Part shown: positions 12,318 through 26,125 of the stretch, in pieces | Position numbering within the stretch: the stretch's first letter is position 1 | Layout: each line of letters starts with the position of its first letter | Source of the DNA: Antedon mediterranea | Lineage: Eukaryota > Animalia > Echinodermata | Assembly (NCBI RefSeq): GCF_964355755.1 | Contig: NC_092675.1 | Span: forward strand, 6,381,812 to 6,445,811 | Reading direction: 5' to 3' | Length of the DNA stretch: 64,000 nt | Translations under genes and position numbers: made by a program | Notes under the pieces: model-generated | Database searches by the model: none | What the model was told of the DNA's origin: nothing | What the model saw: the letters and a program-made list of their open reading frames with translations, nothing else

Positions 12318-14567
12318 TGGTACATGATTCATTATTAGTAGATTCTTATCATTTGATTGGAGGACTGTGGGTCACATGATATTCATTAACTATTCCAATG
12401 AACTCTTGCGAGTATAATTATGCTATATTCTCGTTGAATTTTGTTATATGTGGTTCATTCTTGTTACACAATGATCAACGACCAGGCGTGAAACGAGGCT
12501 AGGTTGTGCACATTCAAAAAATCAACCTGTAGTGTGCGCCATCTATAATCCAAAATCATCAAAAAAGCATCAAAATTGAAGCGCTGCCTACTCGAACGGT
12601 TTAAGCTTTGCCTAGCCTCCAGATAAAAATATGAATGTTCCCTCTAGGAAGTGTAGACAATGGTTCTCGGAATGATAATGAGTCTGGTAAAAAGGCCTTA
12701 GAAGGACGTACTCCTATATATGCTTAATAACATTTTAAAGTATAGTGTTGTATTTTTTAAAGTCTTCAACATTATGATACTGTACTCGAGCTGTTCAACC
12801 AGTTTTCAGCCATTAAAAACAATTATTGTAGGAGGAGATAGGAAAATGCGAATTATCCTCGTATTATGGTATGCGTGTATTTTTCAAGATGGACATCCAT
12901 TAGACAGTGTAGGCCTATACCACGATCGGAAAACACCCCTATTTGGGGCAAATCGTTGAACCTAAATTCGTTTTAATTGTCAATTACTAATTATCGAACT
13001 CAATTTAATTAGTAAACAGGGTTACATCAGGTGGTTAAAATCAGTATCGAAAGTACGAACCAACTTTATATACCATCGAGTAAACATTCTAGAAATAACG
13101 CGCAATTTACCGAATTTTGCCCTTACGTAAATTTATATATAGATAATACAAGATTGTGTGTATTATAAATGTGGATGGGCGTTTATTAGATAGTTGGGTT
13201 GGGTGGGGGGATTATTATTCAAAGTGATGTTTTATTGGGGAGGTGTTGGGCATTTATTCAAATAAATACCATCCTAATAATTAATACATTATTTAATTTA
13301 AACATCTTTTGAAACTAACTTCTGCGACACAGTGGACCGTTTCGGCCCAAGAAGGAAGACATTTAATAGACGGCTTGCAACATGGGCAGACGTATCCCGG
13401 TCCTAACGGGACACAGATACCAAACCTTCACATGCGCGGTCCGATCCGAAAATAAACAAAAAACTAAAATGGCTATATAGCCACTAACGGCCAACTTAGT
13501 TAAAACCAGGAAGTTGCAAGGTGAACATGTGAACTTATCGTGAACCCGGAAATTACTTCGACCAGCGTACAATTGAAATTGAATTGAAAATATACTGATG
13601 AAATAAAAAATTTTGTTATAAAACCATTTATAATATCTTCCTAAGATAGAAATATGGAACAATAACGTAGTACTGAAAACTAATGGTATCAAATCTACGT
13701 TTCGCAGTACATCTAAGTTAGATAAGGTAGGTGTCCAAGGCGGAGATTTATACCGAAGTTTATTTATAAATACTAGTCTAGTAGAAACTACTAGACAGGA
13801 TATCCATATAGTGACTCTTATGTTTCTCACATTTCTATCATGTCTGACTACTATATCATCAGAGTTTGACATCTTACAGCATGATTTTCTAGGATATGAA
13901 ATTAAACAAGAAATATTTCTTACAAAAAACGCTGCTCGCTTATTGAAAAATATTTTTTATTTCAAATGTTTTTGAATGCGTCATTTTATTGTCACATAAT
14001 AGTTATTTTACCTGAAAAAATGTAATTTAAAGCAACAAATACTTAAATTGTCTGTCAGACAATGGTTTTGGGGTTTCTTTTCTTTTTTTATATGTGAATA
14101 AATATAATTTTTTTGTTACAGAAGTGAATACTCAATTTCTGTCACTTTAGTTAATTTTATTGCTAAGGTCAAATCTGGGGGTCACTTCATCACCCTAGAT
14201 ATTTCAATTGTGAAGTATCCTATTACAAACACAAACTTTAATGGACTGTTTCGATAATAATTCAATGAATATCTGACAGTGAATATACCAGAAATGCTTA
14301 TGGGATTTGTAATTTTAGCATGACATGTCCTAATAGACTCTTTCCCATACGTTTTTTGGGTCTACTGTAGCAGCTGGAATCAATAAATTATAGTGGAGTT
14401 TCCATTTTCACAAAACTGTCTGTCCTTAGAACTATAACTGCTGCTTGCTTTAGCTTCTGATTGAGTAGTCCTAATGGGACGTAGCGGGCTAGAGCAGCAG
14501 CGTGAAAATGTAGTCATACAGTAGCACATGAATGTGGAAAAGGGGCATAAGCAAGTTTAACTCAATA

Positions 14568-15867
14568 TTAATCGGATTGAATGGTACCAATAGACTGGGT
14601 AATTGAAGTGAGATTTTGGTTGTTATGAAAACTGAATAACACTACTGAACTATTAGCAACAGCAGGTGCAGGAACATCAGCTTCAGCAGGGTCAATCAAT
14701 GATGGATATTGCAAAGTTTGTTGTGGATATGCAATTGGAGCCTGATGTGGATATGCAATTTGAGCCTGATGTGGATATGTGACTGGAGCTTGATGTGGAT
14801 ATGTGACTGGAGCCTGATGTTGATTTATGTTTGGAACCAGTTGATTTTGTTTTTTTGCAATCATTTTGTTAGCCTCATCCAAGATTTTACTGGCATCAAA
14901 TAAGGCTGCACTAGGCTGAGGTGCTTTGACTAACGTGTCAATGAACAATGATGTATTCTGCAGTTGCTTTATTTTCTCTTCTTTAAATTTTTTTTCTTTC
15001 TGCTGCTCATCTAAACATTTTTTAGATTTTGTGTCCAGCTCATTCAGCAATGTCCGTTCAGCCTTATCAATATTTTGACGGAGAATCTGAGCATACCGTT
15101 TTACTTCGTCTGCACATACCTTTATTGATTTCTTTTGTTTCTCAATATTTCCAATATGTATTTTTAATTCAGCCTTCATTTCCTTCTCTTCAGTGGTACA
15201 ATCATTCAATATTTTATTAGCTTCATCTTTAAATCTTTTAAATGCTGTATCAAGCTCTTGTAAATCATGTCCCTTATGAGAAACAACGGTGCATTTCATA
15301 CAAACAGGTTGGTTGCAGGTGTTACAATAAAACTCAACAGAAACACTTGTGTGTTTTGGACACATAACAGGCTTAGCGGCTGTACGTTCTGCTGCATCCA
15401 TGGCCATATACTGGTTTAATGACATCACTTTATGGTCACGACAAGGAAGAATTTTGCAATGATTCTCACCACACTGCTTACAAAGATATGCTGAACACTC
15501 CATACAGTGTGCAGTAGCTGCTTTATTACACATAACACAACTTTTCACACTTGCTACATTTTCTTTTGTTTCTTTAGTGTACTCAAGTAGTTGGTTGATG
15601 AAATAACTTGATGGTAGGCCATCCACACCATTACTTGGAACCTGGAATTCTTGACGGCACATTGGGCATGTTAACTTACCACCACTTTTTTCCACCCAAG
15701 TTTGAATGCACTTCAAGCAAAACGAGTGCTGACAGCCTAGGGTCTTAGGAGTTTGAAATACTTCATGGCATATGGAACACAGAAGAACTTTTTCACTAAT
15801 GTCATTGATCACTTCAGCAGATATGGATTTTTTTTCGTTAGCTTCTTCCAATGCTAGACAGGAAACA
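14568..15867 (-). CDS. TRIM56-like coding exon, paralogue B (no own ATG before the RING)
   Basis: Intact RING, two B-boxes and coiled coil. The ORF track start is TTG; the position equivalent to the paralogue ATG is ATA. Acceptor TTACTTTTTAG|TGTTTCCTGT is identical to that of paralogue A. Confidence 0.93.
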
Positions 15868-18800
15868 CTAAAAAGTAAATATTAATATGATGTTACCTTA
15901 TAAAGTAGTCTTGGTATTGTACATGCAAAACAAGGGCATTAACAATTACATTCTTCCCTGGTTACACTAAATCAACAAAATACTGTGGCAATAATGAACA
16001 AAACTTATCTTTTGTATAAATTACTCCCCTTTCATTTACTGTCCCGATGTGAAAGCTCACTAATACAAATTGAACTCACTACATGTAACCTCTAGACATT
16101 ATCTATATTAAAACAAAATCTATACCCCTTTCACATCGCTTACACAAACACAATAACACAATGAATAACAACAGTGTTTTGTAAGGTGTTTATCCCGGTG
16201 TGTAAACTTTGGAACTTTGCTAAGCCATGTGAAAGGGGAATAAGAAAGGCTATGTTACAGTACCTCTATCTCTAGGGCAGGCTAACTGTAACCTTGACTT
16301 GAGGGTCTTAGTAAGTGACTAGACGTACCTCTAATTTAGGAATATATGTTACAGGTATATAATACCTAATTAGTGCGCATAAATTATAATAAGTAAACAA
16401 GTGTACATACACAGAACTGCTAGCAGCTGATTTGCTGGTACTTTTAGTAGTTTTTTGGTAGGTTTCATTAATATCAGTACATATTTGCCTGGGCCATGAT
16501 CCATCATTGTTTTTTTGTTCTACAATCAAAACCTGATAAAAACAAATGTTCTTGTTAAGACGTACGTACAAAACATAAATCATTAATAAGTATTAAATAA
16601 TAACATTAAAAAAAGTGTAATTGAAACTACCATATTGACAAAATAGGTTGGTAGTGGTCAACCCACCAATACATTGGTGGTAGCACTGGTAAAGCTGTGG
16701 CCTCTCGCTCTCTATGGCCACCCTTGACTTGTTCTCTTGCCCCGTAACTTTGTTTTTGTGACTTTTTGTACTGTTTGGTGAACTGTCTGGGGTTTACTAA
16801 AATAGGAAGGTTCTATGGAAGATCAGAGTATTAATTAATTGTTTCCAAAGGGAGAATAGAAGGACTTTGGCCAATATCACAGAATTGTGTAACAACACAG
16901 GAAAAATTGACACTTTTTATATTGCTATTGATAATTATTTTCCCACCAAAGTAGTCGGTCACTAATTGACACACGGCAAACGGCTATGGCCATTTCCATT
17001 TACACTGGCTAAAAAACTGTGAGATGAACTCGAGTCATGCTCATTTACATTACATCGATCACCTCGGTGCTGTTAATCAAAACAACAGTACTTCGAGCGT
17101 CCATTGTAGAAAACTTTATTGATGGTTTATTGGTTGGTTTAAACACTTGAACATATCAATGATCTTGTATCAAAATATTAGAAGTGAATTTACACGCAAT
17201 TTAGTTAATTTATTAATGTAGTCCTACAGCATTAAATTTTCTTTGTGGATATATTTACATATTATCAATAAATTATTGTTAATCAATTTTTCTTTTAAAT
17301 TAAAATTTTCAGTCAGACGCACAACTTCAGATGTTGACCAAGTTGCAACATGTTCTGTTTATTGTTAGAGAAACATTGCACACAAAAATGGTAGAAAGAT
17401 ATTGCAATAAAAAAAAAAGATGATCCTTGAAAATCACAAGGGTTCAATGAATAATAACCAATTTTGATTTGCTGCATGATTGGATTAGTAAATATGTTGA
17501 ATCCACAAACCTGTCCTTGGTACAGTCCTGCATCTTGTACTGTGTTATCTTTCTTTGCAAGTTGTTCATATGTATCGCTCATGTATGTATTCCCTATTCG
17601 GGCCTCACTCTTGTCTGGTATATCAAAAGTCTCCCTCATAACATTCTCAATTGTTTCTATAATTTAAACAAGTTTACAAGAAACTAAATTAATAGATTAA
17701 TAGAAAAATAACACCACTGCACTAATTACCATAAGTTCTCCCTTAAAGGGGTGTTTAGAAAACTCAGATCTAAGATATATCAGACTTTTCTAGATCTAGA
17801 AAACTCAGATATCTGACTTTTCTAGATCTAGAAAACTCAGATATCAATATCTGAGTTTTCTAGTTCCAGAATGGAACTAGAAACTCAGATCATCATATGA
17901 TTGGTTGGTAGGTCATTTGGATCATTCCATTATTAATCAGAAGGTAGGTCATTTGAAATACTAGAGTATTATTAAAACTGATTACTGTGTACGTTTTCTT
18001 ACTAATATTGTAGAAGCGGCCTACGGCTTAAATCATAAAGAAAATACAGTGCATGTTACCGTTAAAATGTAGGCTTAAAAATTAGGTATGGAGGTACCTC
18101 CATGGTACGAGTTGGTGTGGGTACGAGTTAGTTGAGGTACGAGTTAGCCAAGTTGGGAATAGGTACGAGTTATTTTGGGTACGAGTTGACCACTTCTAGC
18201 CTAGTAGGGCCAGGTACTCTTCGCGATACTTCGCGATAGCACCCACACGTTGAGCCTTGAATTGAGTTTGCTTAGCTAGGCTAGGCCTAAATGCTAAGCA
18301 TACATTTTAAAAGGTGTATACTGTATTTCTTTATGATTTAAGTCGTAGGCTGCTACTACAAGTTACAATAATTATTATTATTAGTAAGAAAACGTATAAT
18401 ACTGTAGTATTTCAAACAAGCTACCCTCTATTAATAATGGAATGATCCTTTTGATGATCTGGGTTTTCTAGTTCCATTTTGAACTAGAAAACTCAGATAT
18501 ATCTGAGATCTGAGATCACCCCCCTTAAAGTGATCTTTCACATATAAGTGTACTTCTGAATTACCCTCTGTTCAAGTTAATTACAGTATTACATTTTAGG
18601 ACGACCCTCATACTGTACATGGCAAAATCTGATTTGGGAGTTGGTTGTTTTTTAGCTCAACAAAGTCCTCTATTTATCATCGAGACCAGCAGCAGATTAT
18701 GACTGCACATGGTCGTACAATGGCTTAAAAATCATAAATATGAGCTTTTTGATTATATTATTCTGCAGAAAACACATCATCAAAATTCAGTAATCTTCGT

Positions 18801-21800
18801 AATAAGCCGGGTAAAAATGTGGAACACCAGGACTACTTAAACAAAATAACTAAATTTACTGTACCAATAGTATCTCCTTTGCTAAACTTCTTGGTGACAA
18901 AATCAGTCTGACCCTGATTGCTAATCTTACAGAGCTTTAACTCCATCAAGTACACTTCTACCTTGCAATGCTTCACAATCATGCCATGTAAAACCACCTT
19001 ACGAGATATCGGCTCCTGCCCTTCTATAATACCATACCAGAGTACAAATTTTTTCCATGCAGTGGTTGGTACCAATACATAATCCAAGTCATCTATAAGG
19101 TTCTCTTTCAAAACAGAGTCTCCATTCACCACTAAACATACAGTAATATAATGTATGATTTTTATTAAAGTTTTCCACAGTATAGAATATGTTGCATGCC
19201 ATGCCTAAATTAAGCAGCAGTTAGTTTTGTGTTGGACTACTGTAAAACATTGGTAAAAGTGCAGAAAATCAGGGACGTTTCGCCTCAGGTTTTCAGGACC
19301 TGACACTGGTGGAATGAAACATTCTAATGTTAGGCTGAAACATCCCAATTTTAGGTCAAACCAAGTGATCATCAACTATGTTGTGGGTTTTATCAAAAGA
19401 TGTTTGAACTAAACAATTATTTATATTATTTATTTCCATCCACGTAGGCTGTGCCGTTTCGTGGAGGTTCACCAATTCAGCTTGGCCTACGCTTAGTTAA
19501 GGCAGACCAAACAAGAGAACCTATTTCCTGTTATTATCATACTTTAATTTAATAATCAATAATACTGATCCAGCCAGCACATCTTCTACCCTACAGTTGG
19601 TATTTATTTATTTGCATTCTAAAACATGATTGAATGGCATTAAAACAGCAGAATAAATTAAAATAATATTACAAATCCAGTATGTCTATGTTTTTTTATA
19701 CACTGATAAATTGATAAGCAGGTTAATTATAAATTTATGTCAATGCAAAGCATTATCTTGTTTGGACTTTTGGGGAGGCTTCTTTTCGAGATGGGCTTCT
19801 TTTCGAGATGGGCTTCTTTTCGAGATTACGTTTGCCAATTAAAGAGGGGGCCTTCTCTTCAAAATGTTTGTGAATTGCTACTATAATAATATAATTATTT
19901 AATATATATTATTATATATTTTGATATTCACATAGTCTCGAAAAGAAGCCCATACTACTGTATCTTGAAAAGAAGCCCTGTTGGCTTGAGATTACTTATG
20001 CAAACCAAAGGGGTGGCTTCTTTTCAAGGTTTTACGGTATGGCATCCAGTTTGTAGTTTAGCTAGCTCAGCCTCATCAGTCAAATCCAGGACCACTGATC
20101 TGTTGTAACAACCTTAGGCCTACTGTGTTATATAAACGTACCTGTTAAGAGCTGAGAGTTATTTACTGGTCCTGGGAAAACATTACTGTGTCCCACATTA
20201 TTCATGTCCCACCTATCATATCCAACATATTTTTTCCATTGCTTAAACCATCTACTGTCCACTAGGTACCTTTAAGAATAACACATATCGTAACGTTTGT
20301 TACATAACTTCAGCAAAATAAAACTACATAATAAGATAAAAAAAAAGTATAAAGGGAAGTTAATTACGTTTAAAAAACCCCATAAAACATCATATGATAT
20401 GGTACTGGTTACAAGAAGCACATCCTAAATTTATAAAAATTAACAACAACAAATCTTAGATAGAGTATATTTAACTTACCGGTGGACAAATTTTAATGTG
20501 CTTATTTATTTTTTTTTAAAACTAATTTAACTATTTATACATATTTCTATATTCTTTTTATCAAATATTGTAAAATACTACTTTTTAGCCTTTTGGCTGC
20601 CGTTTTATTATACATTTATAAATATCCATGTAATCAAGAAAAGAGAAATGAGACGGCAAAACTAGTTCTAGACTTAGCTAGCCTGTAAAAACTTGAGAGA
20701 GTAGAGATAGTTTCACGTTATTTACCAAAAACAAATGTAATGATACTACTAGTTTGTAATGTTTTTCAGAAGATTAACTCTTTTTCAAGTAAATCAGGGT
20801 TTTCCCCTTATTACATACATGGTATCTTGTACAAACTTACATGGTTCCTGTTCCAATGAAGATTTACAGTAAGCGGCACCCTCAGGACAGGGAAATGTGG
20901 CTGCTTACGGGAGGTGGCCGCTTACAGGAGGTGACTGCTTACGGGAGGTTCTGCCGATAGAGGGCCAAAATATATATCATATTTTTCGCCATTCTTAACG
21001 CAACAGGCCTCTAAATTCTCTAGCCAATTGTATTTTATTGTTTATGGTTTAGTATTATTTATGATTTTCAGACACATTTTAAAAGCTTGTGTGCATGAAA
21101 ATGGTCGGTCAAAATCTGTGTAGTTTTCTCATCTCATCTAAAAAAACATAGGAATGTTCTTCACAGAAATGTTTTTAACACTGCAGAGTCATTTATTGTC
21201 AAAACCCCGAAAACAAAACAACACTGGGCCTACTAAAAATGTCAGGTGTAGGCCTACTAGTATTTATCTATTTATTTACTTTTAAGTAATGTAATATATG
21301 CAAGAATTATTAAAAATAGTTAAATAATTCAAACACCTAATAAATCAAACAAGAAGATTTTGCACACAAGCTTAAAAAAAAACAAACTAATAAGTACAAC
21401 AATAAAGTATCAAAATTGTATTTTTTTGGTCAAAAGTCTACACAAATTTTTCAGATGGCCGCTTACAGGGAGGTAATTTACCATACAAAAAATCTAATTC
21501 TTATCTTAGTAAAAAGGGTGGCTGCGGCTGTCCTAGCCTGTATTACTACACTAGGCTAGGGCCTATAAGACTAAGTAGGCCTAGGCCTAGTAAGTAGTAT
21601 AGGGCCATAGGCCTAAATATAAGGGGTAGGAGGAGGCCTAGCCTATACTAATAAGCCTAGCTAGCTAGGCCTGTGGGCTAGCCTACTAGCCCTCTAGGTA
21701 AGCCCTCCTACTAGCTAGTAGGCCTACCTATGCCTAGCTAGTAGGTTGATGATGATATGGAATTAAGTAAACCTTATTTACCACGTATCACCTTTCCTTA

Positions 21801-21885
21801 GTGGCGTTTTAATGGAATCAAATATTTCCTCCTTCTGCTCGTTTAATTTCGGCATAGGCCTAGGCCTACCACCTCCCGCCATCAT
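14568..21885 (-). CDS. Predicted chimeric gene: USP15/USP4-type DUSP-UBL fused to TRIM RING/B-box/coiled-coil (6 exons, 688 aa)
   Basis: Exons 21885-21782, 20269-20142, 19131-18865, 17656-17511, 16532-16411, 15867-14568; all GT-AG, phases compatible, 2067 nt = 689 codons including stop. Confidence 0.78.
16123..16240. mobile_element. Small TIR element (CCCCTTTCACAT...ATGTGAAAGGGG), Harbinger-like
   Basis: Inverted termini visible; related element at 53691-54186. Confidence 0.55.
16411..21885 (-). CDS. USP15: USP15/USP4-family N-terminal exons (DUSP + UBL1); no catalytic-domain exons seen in window
   Basis: [78 protein letters not shown] match the remembered USP15/USP4 N-terminus. Confidence 0.92.
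17743..18528. mobile_element. TTAA-flanked MITE (Kolobok-like) with TCTAGAAAACTCAGAT subterminal repeats and nested GGTACGAGTT repeats
   Basis: ttaaaggggtg ... caccccccttaa termini; internal inverted repeats. Confidence 0.6.
19770..20039. mobile_element. Partial MITE with GGGCTTCTTTTCGAGAT repeats, ending TACGGTA (pogo/Tigger-like)
   Basis: Repeated motif in both orientations; related fragment at ~47935-48022. Confidence 0.55.
20865..21530. mobile_element. Tc1/mariner (Tigger-like) MITE with GGCCGCTTAC repeats
   Basis: Reverse-complement homologue at 23856-24389 ending gaggttcaactgta. Confidence 0.65.
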
Positions 21886-21972
21886 ACTTTTTTATCCTGA
21901 CCACCTACCCACCGTACCGCACACACACACACCTACCCGTCCGTAACAACGTAGGTAATACAGCCTTCTGCT

Positions 21973-21983
21973 GGAAAATCCCC
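21973..21983 (-). promoter_or_regulatory. Candidate NF-kB site GGGGATTTTCC ~90 bp upstream of the DUSP-TRIM ATG
   Basis: Matches GGGRNNYYCC; the same or a one-mismatch 10-mer occurs at the other TRIM promoters. Confidence 0.45.
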
Positions 21984-22236
21984 AATACAATAATATCTCC
22001 GAAAATCTTGTGTACCGCCCTCTAGAATTAAGTTTATTAAAAACTTATTTCAAAATACTATAATATACGAGTAGTGGGCCTGTCACGATAAATATGGTCC
22101 GGGGCCAAAATCGGTCCGGCCGGACCAGTTTTGGCTCTAAAATTGTGGCCAAAAGCAGTCCGCCACTGCCAAAATCGGTCCGGGTTTTTCTTCTGTCGAT
22201 TTTAATTGAATTACTAGGCCTATGATGCTGTTTTAA

Positions 22237-25200
22237 GAGCCATTGTCTGTAAGAATCAAAGAAATATCAAAAAAAGTGGCAGACTCAAAAAAATGGATTT
22301 CTTTCAAATTTTGCACATGGCTATATATGTGTTGAGAGAAATCAAATATGAAGTATTTTTTATTTCAAACGTATATTTCCATGGCAACGGCCAAATTTGT
22401 GTTTTTGACAAATTTTGTCCTTTTTTAAGGTTTTTTAAAATGGATATTAGCACTACTTTGATGAGCGATATTTTTGTGTTGTTCATTTAATTATAAAAAA
22501 TAATTAGTGTATGCATAATAACAATGCATTGTGTACCTGTTTCAAATTTTTTTATTTTTTTTATTTCATACTTTGGGAGATACCATTTATTTAAAAAGGG
22601 GTGTTTTTCACTTTTTTTAAATTGTTCAATGCAACTAAACTTTACTTCACCATAACGCCCAAAGTAGTGTATTTTTTTAGCTGATTTATTACAAATAGGT
22701 AGTTCTAATTTTTAATAATTGATTTCTAAAATAAAATACTGGGGTAAATTTAAAATCTACAAGCAGTGTTGCGAGAAACATAGGCATTTTTATATAAAAA
22801 AAACATGGTATATTAGTAAAAACATTTTATTTTCTTTGATTATTTGATTTGAAACTCATTGGTCAGAAAAATTCTTAATGTTTTATATAGTTAAAAAAAA
22901 AATTAATTTTTAATTATAGATTCTGTAATTCCCAGTTTTAATGTCATTTTATAGGTTATATCCTCTGGAAATTTGAATAAATTATCAGATCGTTGTGAAT
23001 TTTAATCTTTGCAACAGATTACTCCTCTCTTATTTTGAAGCTCCTCTTTCATTTGTTTACTTCTTTTATTTGCTAACCTAAGCAGATCCCATATGCCCAT
23101 CCACCACCACTTTCGACTACCACCCCTCCCCACCCCCACCCCGACTATAACCACAAAAAGATAAACTGCAACACTTTGGTCGATCATCCACTATAGAGTG
23201 TCAAATGCATGCATTCAAGCACCACCCACACTGCCGCTACTATCGCCCCAATGAATAGACGGATTCAAACTCCTCCATCCAACCACCTCCCCCTTTTCTC
23301 CAAGCCCCCACCCACCCCAAGTTAAAAATTGCAATGCAAAAGATAGGACATAAAGTTAAGTTTTTAGACCCTCGCCTTCAACCACCTAACTATTTAAAAG
23401 TCCTGGATCCACCACTTTCCCCTCCCCAAAATAGAACCAATCAAAAGTCAATGATATACTCAGGTATGTTAATGCTACATAACAAATATTGAAGCCCTGA
23501 TTTGAAATTTTATTTCATTTAAGGTCAGCATGTAAAATATCACACTTTATTATTAAATATTGGTTTTAAATTCTATATTTTTTTTACTGTGATGGTTGGA
23601 TTCAGTAATAATTATTAATTAATAATTATCTGATAATTATTTAATTTCCCTTAGTTATGCATAGCAACAGTTACTATGGTAACTAAAAATGAGATATTCT
23701 TTAGATTTTGCATATTTATCTCATACAAATTTAAATTTGTAGATTATTAGCAGGCATGCCTTATTTGCATTTTCAAATTACCGTTTCACAAGGTCATATT
23801 CGTAAGCACTTTCTTCTGTGATTATTTTTATTCATGAAAACCCCATATTTTATTTACAGCGGCCACCTCCCTTAACGGACGCACTTTGAAAAGCCTGTTT
23901 GTTCTTCCTATCTAATTAGTGCATTTGGTGCTTACCGTAAGCAGCTGCGAGCACCTTTTTATACTAAAAATGAGATTTTTTGTAAGCGGCCAATCGAAAA
24001 ATGTGATACTTATTGCATGGACCTATGAATTAGAGGTGCATGTTTATTGTATTTCTTTATATATTAGCTTTATTTTGAAGAGGTTTTAAAAACATTACTG
24101 TGAAGAGATGAGAAAACTACACAGATTTTGACCGACCATTTTTCATATGATAAAAGTTTTTAAAATTTGTCTGAAAATGCTAAAAAATACTAAACCACCT
24201 GATTATAAATAATAATATGCCTACAATTAGCTGGAAAATTGAGAGGCTCGTTTCGTTAAGAATATCGTATATAGCCATAATAAGTGATTTTGGCCCTTTA
24301 TCGGCAGAACCTCCCGTAAGGGGTCACCGCCCGTAAGCGGCCACTTTTCCAGGTCCCGAGGGTGGCCACTTACGAGAGGTTCAACTGTATTTAACAAAAC
24401 AATTATCCTTAGTTACGCATAGAAACAGGTTCTAAGATAACATAAATAATACATTTTGACATAACTTGACCCAACAAATTTTTTTCACAAGGTCAGACAT
24501 TTTCTGGGATTCAGTAGATAAGTAAATTTGGGAAAATGTAGTAAAGCTATGTAATCAATTGTTTGTAGTCATGAAACCCCATATTAAAAATATTGTACTT
24601 AGTTACGTATAGAAACAGTTGCTACAATACACTATAGGTAAAATGTTGATGTCATTTGACCTCAATATGTAAAATTTTTATTTTTTCATGAAACTCCATA
24701 TTTAATTTTTTTTAAAAATATCATTTGTTACGTAAACAGGTTTAAGATAACACTAAAGGTCATTTTTTTTTATCTTTATTCAGATTCGTCAAGACTTTCT
24801 TTCTGAGATTATTAGGATTCAGTATTTAAAGTAAATTTGGCAAAAAGTAGAAATGTAAAACTATGTAGAAAAAATGTTTTTTATTTATAAAAAACCCCTT
24901 ATTTTTTTTAAATTTTCGCATAGAAACAGTTACTATGGTAAAATGTTGACCTCAAAATGAATGAATTTACAAGGTCAAGTTTGTCATTAATGGAATGCAG
25001 TAGAAGTAAAATTGAGAAACATGTACAAATGCAATCAATTCTTTGTATTTATAAAAACGCCATTTTTTTCGTTTTTTAAAAATTACTTTCCTTAGTTACA
25101 CATAGAAATGGTTGCTAAGGTAACACTATAGGTAAAATATGAAAATTGTTGAGAATTGTTATGAACTATCTTGTAAATTTTGATCAAACATTAATAGTTG

Positions 25201-26125
25201 TAGTAAAGTGGGGACCTGTCCTGTTTTGCAATCTGACCCCTTTTGACCTCAAATGACCTATTTACAAGGTCAGATTTTTTGGGAGGTCTTTCTGTATCTC
25301 TTTACACAAAATAGATTTAAAAATTTATAAAAACCATTGACTCAATTATTTCCAAGTTTAACATTATTTTCCATCAACTAAATATTTCAATGCAAAATAC
25401 TGTTTTTCTGGCAATTAATTGAAATAAACCTGGCAACACATTCTCCTATTTTATCTAAACTATTCGTATGACTCTAGTAGCAATATGACAAGCCATATAT
25501 ACATTTTATTATTGGATTAGCCATATTTAAATTGTGTTTCATGTGTTTTGTTTGTTGATATTTTGTTATATTTTTTGCATTTTTCGTATTTTCCTGGCAA
25601 CACAAAACCTATGTACGAAATTTACCCCAGTGTTTTTTTCGTGATTATTGTTGAAAAACCTATTGACTATCAAATTAAAAAACCTCATTGATTTAAAAAC
25701 ACCACTTTGGAAGTTATAGGTACGTTTATGAGGTATACTTTTATAAAAAAAATATTTTTTAAAAACACCCCTTTTTAAAATAATGGTATCAACCAAACTC
25801 CATTTTGTAATTTATTTTTTTTCTACATTAAATGGAACTCAATACATGTTGTTTACACTGCTATAAACAAAAACTGTATAATGTAAGTATTTTTGGTTAA
25901 AATAAGTATACAAGTTTGTACTTTTTCACTATAAAAAATCTGTGAAAAATGGCAAAAACATCAAAATTTGGATAATTGACCGTTGTCATGGCAACGGAGG
26001 CTAAAAATTAAAATGAATGTTGTAGATATGCTTTTTATTGAAATGTCTATTCATGGTAAAAATTTGAGAGAAATCCATTTTTTTACATCTGCCACCAAAT
26101 CTTTGATTTTTACAGACAATGGCTC
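22237..26125. mobile_element. Non-autonomous Sola3-like transposon
   Basis: TTAA TSD, GAG...CTC termini (GAGCCATTGTCTGTAA / TTACAGACAATGGCTC), imperfect TIR of ~550 bp; these are the described Sola3 hallmarks. Confidence 0.75.
23856..24389. mobile_element. Tigger-like MITE nested in the Sola3-like element
   Basis: tacagcggccacctccc ... gagaggttcaactgta; inverted homologue of 20865-21530. Confidence 0.65.

Noticed and set aside
13363-13872. 169-aa ORF downstream of TRIM B
   Set aside because: No recognisable domain or splice context; probably chance or TE-derived sequence.
14568-15851. TRIM B as an independent 427-aa gene starting MEEANEKK
   Set aside because: The 'M' is TTG; no ATG precedes the RING within the exon.
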